From Mobula hypostoma (lineage: Eukaryota): DNA of 64,000 bases. The notes beneath the pieces are model-generated. The model saw only the letters and a list, made by a program, of their open reading frames with translations, ran no database searches and was not told the origin of the DNA. Every line of letters starts with the position of its first letter. Positions within the stretch are counted from its first letter, which is position 1. This document shows positions 12,722 through 25,299 of the stretch, piece after piece. The stretch is from NCBI RefSeq assembly GCF_963921235.1, contig NC_086097.1, positions 206,152,001-206,216,000 on the forward strand. Reading direction: 5' to 3'. Made by a program: the position numbers and the translations under genes.

Positions 12722-14022
12722 AATAGAGTCATTGGGTCATAGAAAAATACAGCACAAAAACAGACCCTTCAGCCCATCGAGCACATGACGAAACCATTTA
12801 AACTGCCTAATCCCATTAACTTGCACCTGGACCATAGCTCTACATACCCCTCCCATCCACGTACATTTCCAAACTTCTTTTAAACGTTGAAATCAAAATT
12901 GCATCCACCACTTGCGCTGGCAGCTCATTCCACACCCTCAAGGCTCTCATATTGAAGAAGTTTCCCCTCACGTACTTAAACATTTCACCCTTAATCCATG
13001 ACCTCTACTTGTAGTCTCACCCAATCTCAGTGGAAAAAGCCTGCTTGTATTTACCCTATCGATACTCTATCAAATCTCCTCTCAATCTTCTGTGTTTAAT
13101 GGAATGAAGTTCTAACGTATTCAAACTTTCCTTTTTACTCAGATCCTCCAATCCTGACAACATCCTTGTAAATTTTCTCTGTACTCTTTCATTCTTATTT
13201 ACATCTTTCCTGTAGATAGGTGACTAAAACTGCACTCAACACTACAAATTAGGCCTCACCAACATCTTAAACAACTTCAAAATAACATGCCAACTCCTGC
13301 ACTCATTATTTTATCTATGAAGGTCAGTATGCCAAAAGCTTTCTTTATGTGCCATCACTTCTGATGAATTAAGGACCTATATTCCCAAATCCCTTTGTTC
13401 TACCATACTCCTTTCTGCTCTGCTGTGTAAGACCTACCCTGGCTGGCCCTCCCAAAGTGCAACACTTCACATTGGTTTGCATTAAATTCCATCTGCCATT
13501 TTTCAACCCATTTTGCCACCTGATCCCACTGCAAGCTTTGAAGGTCTTCCTCGCGGTCCACTACGTCCCCTATCCTTGGTGTCATCCACAAATTTGTTGT
13601 TCCAGTTAACCACATTATCCAGATCATTGCTATAGAAGACAAACAACAACAGCCCGATCACTGATCCATGCAGCACCCCACTAGTCACAGCCTCCAGTTA
13701 GAGAGGCAACCATCTACTACCACTCTAGCTTCTCCCAAAATTCAATATCTAATCCAGTTTACTACCTCATCATGAATGCTAAGCAACTGAACCTTCCTGA
13801 CCAACCTCCCATGTGGGACCTTGTCAAATGCCTAAGATCCACGTGGTCAACATCCACTGCCTTGTCTTCATTAACCTTCCTGGTAACTTCCTTACAAAAA
13901 CTCTATAAGATCAATTAAACACAACCTGCCACCCACAATGCCATACTGACTGTCCCTAATCAGTCCCTATCTATCCAAATATTCATATAACCAGGCCCTT
14001 AATAGCTTCCAAAAACTTTCCC
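12722..14022 (-). mobile_element. CR1-type LINE, 5'-truncated
   Basis: TSGVLHGSVIG, KFVDDTK and KWQMEFN on the minus strand, with the 3' tail near 12725. Confidence 0.85.
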
Positions 14023-15249
14023 AAGACACAGTGAAAACCTTTGCTTTTCATGCCAGACATACCTATCATTTCATCATACAGTACACTGAGGTAGTATAAA
14101 GGAAAAACAACAACAGAATAAAGTGTTAGTTACAGAGGAAGTGCAGCGCAGGCAGATAGGCAAGAAGGTGCAAGGCAAGAATCCAAACAAGCAAACAGTT
14201 CTAGGGCCTAGTAGTACATGCTTAAAGGCTGTTGTATCTTCCGTCTAATGTGAAGGGAGAAAAAATGCCGTGTGGATGGGTATGTTGATTATTTTGTTTG
14301 CTATACCAAGGCAGTGAGAAGTGTATAAATGTGTTTTTGTGATGTGTTATATATAGAATATATTAGGAGATCTCGAAAGAATAGGCAGAGGCATAAAAGG
14401 ATTGATATGACACCAAGCAAATCAACCATTAGTGGGGAAGGATGCCGCTGAAGGTGCAGAGTAAGAAAAAAAAGTTAAAGGGCAGTGACAGGCAAGAAAA
14501 ATTAGGGTTTAAGGGGAGGTAACGGGAGCTCTGAAAACCTGTCATGATATATATGAATAGTTGACATTGTTAAATGAAAAATTAAGGAACTATATGCCAA
14601 GGTCGATTAGCATCAGGAAAGCAGGAGTGTGAAGGATATGGCAAAAAAACAGCAAATTTGCCGAGACAGTTTTGGAGCAGTCAAATGCAAAAGAACTGCT
14701 AATGCTGGTAATCTGAAAGGAGTGCTATAAAATTCAACAGATCAGGCAGTATGAGAATTAAACATTAACTAATTTCTTATCTCCATGTTGTCTGCCCTGC
14801 TCAGTATCTTGGAACATTTTCCAACTTGATTTTGAAACAAACAAGCCTGGAAAGATAGTGAAACAGTATGATTCTAACAGCACAGGGAACAAGGAATGAT
14901 TACAGACAGCCAATATAATTGAGATGATAGAAAATAAAATATTGTGATTGAGTGAATTGTAGTCAAAGATTAGATGAGCATCAAATAGTATGCTGCGAGT
15001 TCAACACTCAGGGATAGCTGGATGATTTGCTAAGGAATTCTGTCTTTAAGTGTACACATAAATTCTTTTTACAAAGTTATTTATTACAAGATTGAAGCTT
15101 TAAATGAAACATGGATACATTTGCCTGTGACCAACCTCCAAAATATCAAATGATAATTTTGCAATATAGCACTCTAATAAGTCTGGGTGGAACAATGAAG
15201 GCTGTATAACAACGATGTTAGGCAGAGTCAAACCAACTTTATCAAGATA

Positions 15250-17105
15250 ACGCACACAAAATTCTGGATGAACTCAGTGTTTCCACCTCCTACCCAAGAT
15301 CCACAAACCCGCTTGTCCAGGTAGACACATTGTTTCAGTTTGTTCCTGCCCCACTGAATTCATATCTGCATACCTCAACTCTGTCTTATTCCTCCCTAGT
15401 CCAGTCCCTTTCTACACACATCCATAACACTTCACACACTTTGGAACTTTTCAATGATTTTAAGTTCCCTGGCCCCCACCATCTTATTTTGACTATGGAT
15501 GTTTGGTCCCTGTACACCTCTATCCCCCACCAGAAAGGCCTCAAAGCTCTCCGTTTCTTTCTGGACAACAGACCCAACCAGTTCCCCTCCACCAGAACTC
15601 TCCTTCGTCTAGTGGAATTTGTCCTTACTCTTAATAATTTTTCCTTTGGCTCCTCCCACTTCCTTCAAGCAGTATGTGTAGCCATGGGCACTCGCATGGG
15701 TCCCAACTATGACTGGCTTTTTGTCAATTACGTGGAACAGTCTGTGTTCTAAGCCTACACTGGTGTCCACCCCTCACTTTTCCTACGCTACACTGATGAC
15801 TGCATTGGTGCTGCTTCCTGCATCCATGCTGAGCTCATCAACTTCATCAACTTTGCCTCCAAATTCCACCCTGCCCTCAAATTTACCTGATCCGTTTCTG
15901 AAACCTCCCTCTCCTTTCTCAATCTCACTGTCTCTATCTCTGGAGACAGCTTATCTACTGATTTCTATTATAAACTCACGGACTCTCACAGCTACCTGGG
16001 CTATATAACTCTTCCCACCCTATTACTTGTAAAAACGCCATTGCCTTCTCTCCATTCCTCTGTCTCCGCTGCATCTGTTCTTAGGATGAGACTTTTCATT
16101 CCAGAACGAAGGAGATGTCCCCCTTTTTCAAAGAAAGGGGCTTCCCTTACTCCACCATCAAGGCTGCTCTCAACAGCAACTCTTTCATTTTACGCCCATC
16201 TGCTGCTCTTACCCTATTCTCTCGCCACCCTATCAAGGATAGGGTTCTTTTTGTCCTTACCTACCACCCCACCAGCCTCTGTGTCCAGCACATATTTCTC
16301 CAGAACTTCCACCACCTCCAACAGGATCCCACCACCACCTCCCTCACTACCATTCAGGGACCTTCCAGGTGAGGAGACACTTCTCCTGTGAGTCTGTTGG
16401 GGTCATATAATGTATCTGTTGCTCCCAGTGTGGCCTCCTGTATATGGTTGAGACCCAATGTAGATTGGGAGACCATTTCACTGAGCACCTATGCTCTGTC
16501 TGCCAGAAGAAGTGGGATCTCCCAATGGCCACCTATTTTATTTCCATTTCCTATTTTGATATGTCAGTCCATGGCCCCCTCTACTGTCGTGATATAGCCA
16601 CACTCAGGTTGGAGGAACAACACCTTATATTCCGTTCTGGGTAGTTTCCAACCTGATGGCATGATCAATTTCTCGAATTTCCGGTAATGGCCGCACACCC
16701 CCCCCCCCCCCAACTCACCATTCCCTATCTCCTTTTCGCTCTCTCACCTTATTGCATTCCCTGCCCATCCCCTCCCTCTGGTGCTCCTCCTTCTTTTCTT
16801 TCTTCCATGGTCTACTGTCCTCTCCTACTGGACTCCCCCTTCTCCAGCCCTGTATCTCTTTCACCAATCAACTTCCCAGCTCTTTACTTCATCCCTCCCG
16901 GTTTCACCTATCACCTTGTGTTTCTCTCTCCCCATCCCCACCTTTTAAATCTACTCCTCAACCTTTTTTCTCCAGTCTGCCAAAGGGTCTCAGCCCAAAA
17001 TGTCGACTGTACTTTTTTCCATAGATGCTGCTTGGCTTGCTGAGTTCCTCCAGTATTTTGCGTGTATTACTTGGATTTCCAACATCTGCAGATTTTCTCT
17101 GGTTT
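15250..17105 (+). mobile_element. Penelope-like element (RT + GIY-YIG endonuclease), decayed
   Basis: RT motifs TMDVWSLYTSIPH, LTLNNFSF and VAMGTRMGPNY. GIY-YIG remnant ETQCRLGDHFTEH near 16450. A short inverted copy of the terminal repeat is at 15250-15278, and the 3' repeat carries a hammerhead motif. Confidence 0.9.
16973..17009 (+). ncRNA. Hammerhead motif in the Penelope terminal repeat (degenerate)
   Basis: CAGT-CTGCCAA-AGGGTCTCAGCCC-AAAA-TGTC-GACTG. Confidence 0.6.
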
Positions 17106-17429
17106 GAGACTTTATCGAGAAGCTACAATGTACAGTCATATGGCATTAATTAACAAAGCTAGAGTGAGGACAAATATATGAAACTATTTAAATTAAACAT
17201 CTAAATGCATGAATTGAAATGAACAAAAATGGTGTTCTCTAATCGCTATAATGAAGACATGCCTGCAGGAGGACAAGGCTAGGCACTCAATATTCTGGAC
17301 TACATTTTAAGTAAAGATGGACAAAATAGAAAAGGATGATGCAAGTGAACAACTATGCAAAGCCACCAGAGATACAATAAAAATATAAACACATGAATGA
17401 ATTTAAGAACATTGGTCAAAAATCACATC

Positions 17430-18102
17430 AGTGTCTACACTTTCTGAGGAGACTGAGGTATGCAAAACTCTCCATTCCCATACTAATCGCTTTCTACAGG
17501 TTTCTCTAGTCCTGTTAACTAATGGCATATGACGTTACACATTGTAATTTTGATTTCTACAGTGAAAGTGTACTGTCTGGCTGCATTATTGTGTTGGACA
17601 GATGGTGCAAGGCATTGGACTGCAAAGTCCTACAGAGGATAAAAAACAGAGGAGTACTGGGGTCTTCCTTCCCTCTATTTGTGACACTTTCTAGGAACGC
17701 TGTTTACAATGGGCCGGAAACTTTGCTGAAGCTCCCTACCACCCATCCCGCAATCTCTTTGACTCACTACCGTCAGGAAAGAGGTACAGGAACATCAAGA
17801 CTAGGACTGCCAGACTGGTTAACAGCTTCTTCCCCTAGGCTGTGAGACTAAAGAATACGCTGCCACCTCAGAAGTCTTGTCACTAGGACAGCAAGCTGTT
17901 TACTATTAATGCTCTGTTTACTGTTTACCTGTGCTACACACTTCACATGCATTTTGAATTATATTTTATTAATTTACTTGTGGTAATACGTTGTTTTATG
18001 CGCTTTGTGTGATTACATGTATTGTGGGTGCACCATGGCCTGGACAAGCATAGTTTCATTTGGTTATATATATGTAGTCAGATGACAATAAACTTGAACT
18101 TG
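17430..18102 (+). mobile_element. Rex1/Babar-type LINE 3' fragment
   Basis: FLRRL, ESVLSGCI and SFFP-type C-terminal remnants, with tail AATAAACTTGAACTTG. Confidence 0.75.
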
Positions 18103-18974
18103 TACCATAAGTATCTATCCTTGCACCTCTATTATGAAAAATCTGTATTAATCATTCACAAGAGTGATCAGGTAGAATAGATTTCAGTTTAATAATGATA
18201 AAAATCCAAGTCAACTAAACTGTGGCAGAGAAAATCAGTCACTAAACAATATAAAATGATTAAGTACTTAGGATCAAGGAGCAGCATGAAATCATTTTGA
18301 TACAAAAAATTAAAAAAGTTATTTAAAATAAGGCCATGAGTTTAGTGGCATTCAGTGGTGCATGGAGATTTTTATGTACACATCAAAGATTTAACATGAA
18401 GATATGTCAGACAATGAGAAAAGCCAATGGCATGTCAGCCTTGTATGGCCTTCAACTACTTACTCAAAATTACACCACAACATGATTGACCTAACTGGAT
18501 CTAACATTTGAGGTTCCTCTGAGAAAAACATGATGGGTAAGTTCCACTGGTTTTCTCATAACGATCCTGGGTGATACTAGTCAAAACAGGTAAAAGTATA
18601 AGAATTTTGAATGCAAGCTTTAAATCAAGCTTTAAATGAGTTTTTAATTGATTGTACTGATAGTTCAAAAATGACTTCATGCTACAAAAATCATTCTCAG
18701 AGTAAAATAACAAGAATGGTGAGCTTCAAATAACACCCTATGAAAAATGTTCAGAAGAACCCTTGACATTAGGGAGAAAGGTACAACTATTAAATTATGC
18801 TTACTAACAAAAAAAAATAAAACTGACACATCCCATCAGAGATATTCTGTTCTGCTGCTGGACAGTTAAAAAATTTCATGACATATGCTGATAATATTAA
18901 ACATGGTTCTGATTCTGATACATCCTGCCTCATGCCCCACATTCACTGCAACTGAAACTCAACTTCTCTCTTCA

Positions 18975-19205
18975 CAAACAAGAGAACATCTGCAGGTGCT
19001 GGAAATCCAAGCAACACACACAAAATGCCGGAGGAACTCAGCAGGCCAGGCAGCATGTATGGAAAAAAAGTACAGTCGACATTTCAGGCAGAGGGCCTTC
19101 GGCAAGTCCTGCTGAAGGGTCTTAGCCCAAAATGCCATCTGTACTTTTTTCCATGGATACTGCCTGGCCTGTTGAGTTCCTCTAACATTTTGTGTATGTT
19201 GCTCA
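18975..19205. mobile_element. Palindromic Penelope-derived element with back-to-back hammerhead motifs
   Basis: Arms at about 19010-19105 and 19108-19205 are reverse complements. A minus motif (TTGCCGA...GAAA-TGTC-GACTG) and a plus motif (CTGCTGA-AGGGTCTTAGCCC-AAAA-TGCC) meet at the axis. Confidence 0.8.
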
Positions 19206-19543
19206 CCTTCTCTCTTTTTTAGTTCTAACAAAGTTTCTTTGACCAAGGCATTAATCTTGTTTCTCTTTTCATTGATGCTGCCCGACTTGCCGAATGTTTC
19301 CAGCATTTTCTGCTTTTGTTTGTTTCTTATCAAAGCATCATTCCAGGGAAAGGGATTTCTTCGAACCTCAGACCTTCTTTATACAGCATTTCAATATTAG
19401 CAGTTAAAGGACACAATAGATGATTCAAGATTATCAAGATGGCTTATTCACACAAATGGTATAGCTCTTCATGTTCCATGCAATAAGGAAATGACATATT
19501 TGCAAAGCTCACTTCATTTTGTTTGCTTGTTTTCCTCCATTTA

Positions 19544-19687
<144 letters not shown>

Positions 19688-20177
19688 CTATGGAGAAGGA
19701 GGACATCAAATAATTAGGCAGTCTTCTCCATGGAATGCTAAATAATTTTAATATAACTTTCTGAAATAACAGTTCAAAAAATAGAGGATGACTGTTATTC
19801 CGAAATCAGAAAACATTGGCACTTTTCTGTTCCAGAGTACTGATCTCCAGCTTCTTATTTCTCAGCTGGCTGTAGGTTTTGTCAGGGACTTTTAAACAGT
19901 GGATCTGCAGGACACATAGGCTTACTCCTAGAACATTTTTTTACTTAAAGATCTGTACTTCAAACTCAATGGACCATCCATTGGACATTAACCATTGCAT
20001 AATAGACAGTTCAAGAAAAGTAAATGAATGTGGAATTAAAAGAATGTTAATACATGTTCTCTGATGGTTAATTTAGGAGCTGGAAAACCTCCTCCGAGAT
20101 AAATATATCATGTAAAATTCATTGCCACATCTTGATTCAGTTTTAGGTATGTTTAAATAATCAGTTAAAAGCAATTC

Positions 20178-20882
20178 CAAAGTCCAAAGTAAATTTATTA
20201 TCAAAGGATATACATGTCACCATACATAACCCTGAGATTCATTTTCTTACAGACATTCACAATAAATACAAGAAATAATAGCATCAATGAAAGACCATCA
20301 TCAAAGGGACGGACAACCAACCAATGTGCAAAAAACGAACTGTGCAAATACAAAATGAAAGAAGAAAAAATAATAAGCGAACAAGCAGTAACTATTGAGA
20401 ATATGAGATTGTGTTCTTGAAAGTAAGTCAATAGGCTGCGGGAATAGTTCAGTGTTGGAGTGGGTAGAGTTATATGAAGTTATCCCCTCCGGCTCAAGAG
20501 CCTGATGGTTGAGGAGTGATAACTGCTCCTGAACCTGTCGGTGTGGGATCTGAGGCTCCTGTAACTCCTTCTAAGCTTTCCTTGTGATGGCACTTGCATG
20601 CAGGGCCCAGGACAGATTCTCTGAAGTGATAACACCGACATATTTAAAGTTGTTGACCCTCTCCACCTCTGGTCCCCTGATAGTCTCCTCCTCCTGGAGA
20701 CAAAAATCAGCTCTTTGGTCTTGATGACATTCAGTGACAGGTTGTTATTGTGGCACCACTCAGCTAGATTTTCAATTTCCCTCCTGTATGCTGATTTGTC
20801 ACCACCTTTGATTTGTGCAATTACAATGGTGTCATCAGCAATCTTAAATCTGGTATTGAAGCTGTGCTTAGCCTCACAGTCG
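20178..20882 (-). mobile_element. Rex1/Babar-type LINE fragment
   Basis: IADDTI remnant. The 3' UTR (CTGAGATTCATTTTCTT, AATAAATTTACTTTG) is shared with copies near 25300, 28870 and 41970. Confidence 0.75.
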
Positions 20883-21549
20883 CACTACTGTAAACGAATA
20901 AAGTCCGTGAGGTCAAACACAATCGGTCTAACCAACAAAGTCTTATATCTTATCATAATTACTATACCTCACCAACCACCTTCTTGCTCATATTACACAG
21001 ACAAAATTCCTAAACTGAGACTGATAACATAATCACATCGACAAGAAACAATTACAAATTAAGACTTGGATTTAGCAGAGACACTTTTGTCCTGTTAAAT
21101 TAATCAAATTAAACGTTTACAACACAACATTCTATTTCTCAATTTGCATTTAACAATGTGTTTTTCATAATCTTTCCAGCGCATGTATAATATACATGGC
21201 AAAGTACTTTTGTCAACTAATGAAATATGAAAACTGCATCTTTTAGGGACTTCAGAAATTAGCATTATGTCAATAACAATAACAACCTGAATAACCAATA
21301 ACTTCCTATGGTTTTAACAGTATATTTACCTAAGGCAATTCAAAAGAGCCTTTACCAGTTAAATGTGAAACTTTATTTCTACTGGCATTCCATACCAATA
21401 TTTGTACCTTAGAAGTATTAAAAAAGCACAAGAAATACATTTTTGATGAGGGTTGTTATATGTCTTAATGTAGTGGAATGCTTTATCCAACTCTTTCCTC
21501 ATGATAGACAGCAACTGATCACAATGTACAATCTGCTTTGAATAAATTA

Positions 21550-23845
21550 CAGTCAGCCCTCCTTATCTGCGGGGGATTGGTTCCGGGACACCCCGCGGAT
21601 ACCAAAAAATGCGGATGCTCAAGTCGCTTATTTAACCTGTCTCACCGTGGGTGGACTTTAGGACCTGGGGGAAACTCCGGACCTTATTTAACCTGTCTCA
21701 GTGCGGGTGGACTTTAGGAGCTAGGGGAACTCAGATCTGCTGCCTGCGGCTGCTGCTGAATCTGCAGTGTTTCTGTTCCATTGACGGAAATGATCACGAC
21801 TGAAAATAAAGTGGAAATAATAAAGCGATCGGAAAGAGGCAAAATGCCATCGGTCATTGGAAAAGCGTTAGGCTACAGTCGGTCAACAATCGGAACAATT
21901 TTAAAGGATAAAGTGAGAATAATGGAGCATGTGAAAGGCCCTGCCCCGATGAAAGCTACAATTATTACTAAGCAGCATAGTGGTTTAATTATTGAAATAC
22001 ATATGTTTCTTAAGTGGTTTATATGCATAGAAAGGTAAAATATATACTATATACTAAGACAAACGTTTGACTAACTGACGCTAAATAATACCGGATGTAT
22101 CTGTTCCGACTTACGTACAAATCCAACTTAAAGACTGCCTGTACTTTAAATCATCTCTAGATTACTTATACTTTATTGTCGCCAAACAATTGATACTAGA
22201 ACGTACAATCATCACAGAGATATTTGATTCTGTGCTTCCCACTCCCTGGATTACAAATATTAAAAATAGTAAAAATTAGTAAATATTAAAAATTTAAATT
22301 ATAAATCATAAATAGAAAATAGAAAAATGGAAAGTAAGGTAGTGCAAAAAAACCGAGTGGCAGGTCCGAATATTTGGAGGGTACAGCCCAGATCCGAGTC
22401 AGGATCCGTTCAGCAGTCTTATTACAGTTGGAAAGAAGCTGTTCTCAAATCTGGCCGTACGAGTCTTCAAGCTCCTGAGCCTTCTGAATGTACTCCTGTG
22501 CCCAACCAGTACATTATGTAGTGAATGGGAGACATTGTCCAAGATGGCATGCAACTTGGACAGCATCTTCTTTTCAGACAAAACCGTCAGAGAGTCCAGT
22601 TCCATCCCTACAACATCACTGGCCTTACGAATGAGTTTGTTGATTCTGTTGGTGTCTGCTACCCTCAGCCTGCTGCCCCAGCACACAACAGCAAACGTGA
22701 TAGCACTGGCCACCACAGACTCGTAGAACATCCTCAGCATCGTCCGGCAGACATTAAAGGACCTCAGTCTCCTCAGGAAATAGAGACAGCTCTGACCCTT
22801 CTTGTAGACAGCCTCAGTGTTCTTTGACCAGTCCAGTTTATTGTCAATTCGTATCCCCAGGTATTTGTAATCCTCCACCAAGTCCACCCTGACCCCCGAA
22901 TGGAAACAGGGGTCACTGGTACCTTAGCTCTCCTCAGGTCTACCACCAGCTCCTTAGTCTTTTTCACATTAAGCTGCAGATAATTCTGCTCATACCATGT
23001 GACAAAGTTTCCTACTGTAACCCTGAACTCAGCCTCATCTCCCTTGCTGATGCATCGAACTATGGCAGAGTCATCAGAAAACGCCTGAAGATGACAAGAC
23101 TCTGTGCAGTAGTTGAAGTCCAAGGTGTAAAAGGTGAAGAGAAAGGGAGACAAGACAGTCCCCTGTGGAGCCCCAGTGTTGCCAATCACTCTGTCGGACA
23201 CACAGTGTTGCAAGCACACGTACTGTGGTCTGCCAGTCAGGTAATCAAAAATCCATGACACCAGGAAAGCATCCACCTGCATCGCTGTCAGCTTCTCCCC
23301 CAGCAGAGCAGGGCAGATGGTGTTAAACGCACTGGAGAAGTCAAAAAACATGACCCTCACAGTGCTCGCTGGCTTGTCCAGGTGGGCGTAGACATGGTTC
23401 AGCAGATAGACGATGGCATCCTCAATTCTTAGTCGGGGCTGGTAGGCGAACTGGAGGGGATCAAAGCGTCACCTGACCATAGGCCGGAGCAGCTCCAGAA
23501 CAAGTCTCTCCAGGTTATTGTCTTCGCATCATGCCACCAGGTTCTTAATTTCCTTTCTGTACTCAAACTCATCATTACCCGAGATACGGACTACAATTGT
23601 TGTGTCATCAGCAAACTTATATATTGAGTTCGCTGGAAACTTGGCTACACAATTATAGTACCTAATACAATGTAAATACTATGTAAATAGTTGTTATACT
23701 GTATTGTTTAGGGAATAATGACAAGAAAAAAAATAGTCTGTACATGCTCAAACAACGAGTGCTCGAGAGAGAACTTCCAGGTTTTCCCGCTCCGCGGTTG
23801 GTTGAATCTGTGCACGCAGAACCCACGGATAAGGAAGGCCGACTG
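21550..23845 (+). mobile_element. pogo/Tigger non-autonomous element, MER2-like, split by a Rex1 chimera
   Basis: TIRs CAGTCAGCCCTCCTTATCTGCGGG / CCCACGGATAAGGAAGGCCGACTG with TA on both flanks. HTH remnant KVEIIKRSERGK...GYSRSTIGTILKDK at 21781-22038. Confidence 0.88.
22171..23652 (-). mobile_element. Chimeric Rex1/Babar LINE (two families)
   Basis: Outer segments 23514-23652 (KFADDTTIV) and 22171-22484 (RTARFENSFFP plus tail) flank an inner segment 22485-23513 (RVMFFDFSSAFNTI, PQGTVLSPFLF). TTATA lies on both sides. Confidence 0.85.
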
Positions 23846-24034
23846 TAATAAGGGATGTAAGACAATGCCTTTCTATTCTGTTCTTGTGCGCTCTTATTTT
23901 CAGCAATAGCAGTATCCAGCATGTGTGTGCTCAAGAGAAGGCTCAAGCAATTATTACTACATTAAGGCAGAAATACTGAGTTGATGATCCTTCAGAGATC
24001 CCATTCACCCTAGAAGTTCCTTTTCACCCAATTC

Positions 24035-24390
24035 CATTCAGAATCAGAATAGGGATTATTATCACCAGCATGTATCATGAAATTTGTTAACTTAGCAGCA
24101 GCAGTACAATGCAATGCATGGTAAGATAGAAAGAAAAAAATAAGTAAATCATTTACATTAAGTATATGTATAATAAATAGTTAGATTAAAAATAGTGCAA
24201 AACAGAAATTATATATATAAAAAGTGAAGTAGTGTTCATGGGTTCAATATCCCTTTAGGAATCGCATGGCAGAGGGGAAGAAGCTATTCCTGAATCACTG
24301 AGTGTGTGCCTTCAGGCTTCTGTACATCCTTCCTGATGGTAACAATGAGAAGAGGGCCTGTCCTGGCTGACAGGGGTCCTTAACAATGTA
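24035..24390 (-). mobile_element. Rex1/Babar 3' end
   Basis: Reverse complement of the 31850-32210 3' end, with tail (ATTCTG)n. Confidence 0.75.
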
Positions 24391-24419
24391 CACTGTATAC
24401 AATATCAAGAAATGCCTGA

Positions 24420-25290
24420 GGGAAACATAAATCTCCTTGCTGTAATACAGGAGACCTGTACTTCGGAACTGACTGTGCCTCCAGCCAGGCTAGTTAGCTA
24501 ACCAGATCATTATGACACTACCAGTTACCTGATGAAGTGGAGAACTGGTCTGGTACATCCTGTTCACAAAAGGCAGAACAAATACAATCAAACTGAATAA
24601 AACCAATGGGTTCTTAATCATCAAAATGATGGTATGTCTTATCAACAGTGCAATCAGATGACTTTTACTCACCAAGTTGATCAATGTCCACCTTGGATTT
24701 CTCCAGGACCACTTGGCTCCAGAGTGATGGTCCAGACATAGACCAAGGAACTAAATACCTGAGGCAAGATCAGCTGCTCCTATCATGAATTTTGACCAAA
24801 CCGAAATCCCCAAGCATCAAAGGAGAAAACATTGCAGTGACTGGAGAAAGGACATTGCATGAAGACCATTGGCTGTGGTCATGATAAATCAATCACTGTA
24901 GCTCTGGAGCTCTACTGCAGGAGTTCCTCAAGGCAGCATCCTAATCCCAACCATCAATGAAGCAGCGCAAGTCTGCAAGCAGCATAGTGTCATTAACATT
25001 TATACACGGATTAATAAATGTCAACGAACAATAATGCCACAATGTGCCAAGCAATAACCAGCCTAAAAGAAATATCTAACCACCATTTCTTGATATTTTA
25101 TTGAATTATCATCAACAATTCCACCACCAATAGCATCTTGGGTGTCATTACTGACCAGAAATTCAATGGACCTGACTACAAGAGCAGACAAGAGTTTGTG
25201 TATCGTAAGACTGACTGAAGTCCCAATACTATGTACAAGACACCTATTAAGTACATGATGGAATAGCTTCAAATTGTCTGGATAAGTGCA
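24420..25290 (+). mobile_element. Very old CR1/L2-type LINE remnant
   Basis: GCAGGAGTTCCTCAAGGCAGCATCCT (GVPQGSIL) near 24920; otherwise heavily decayed. Confidence 0.5.
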
Positions 25291-25299
25291 AGAAGTTCT

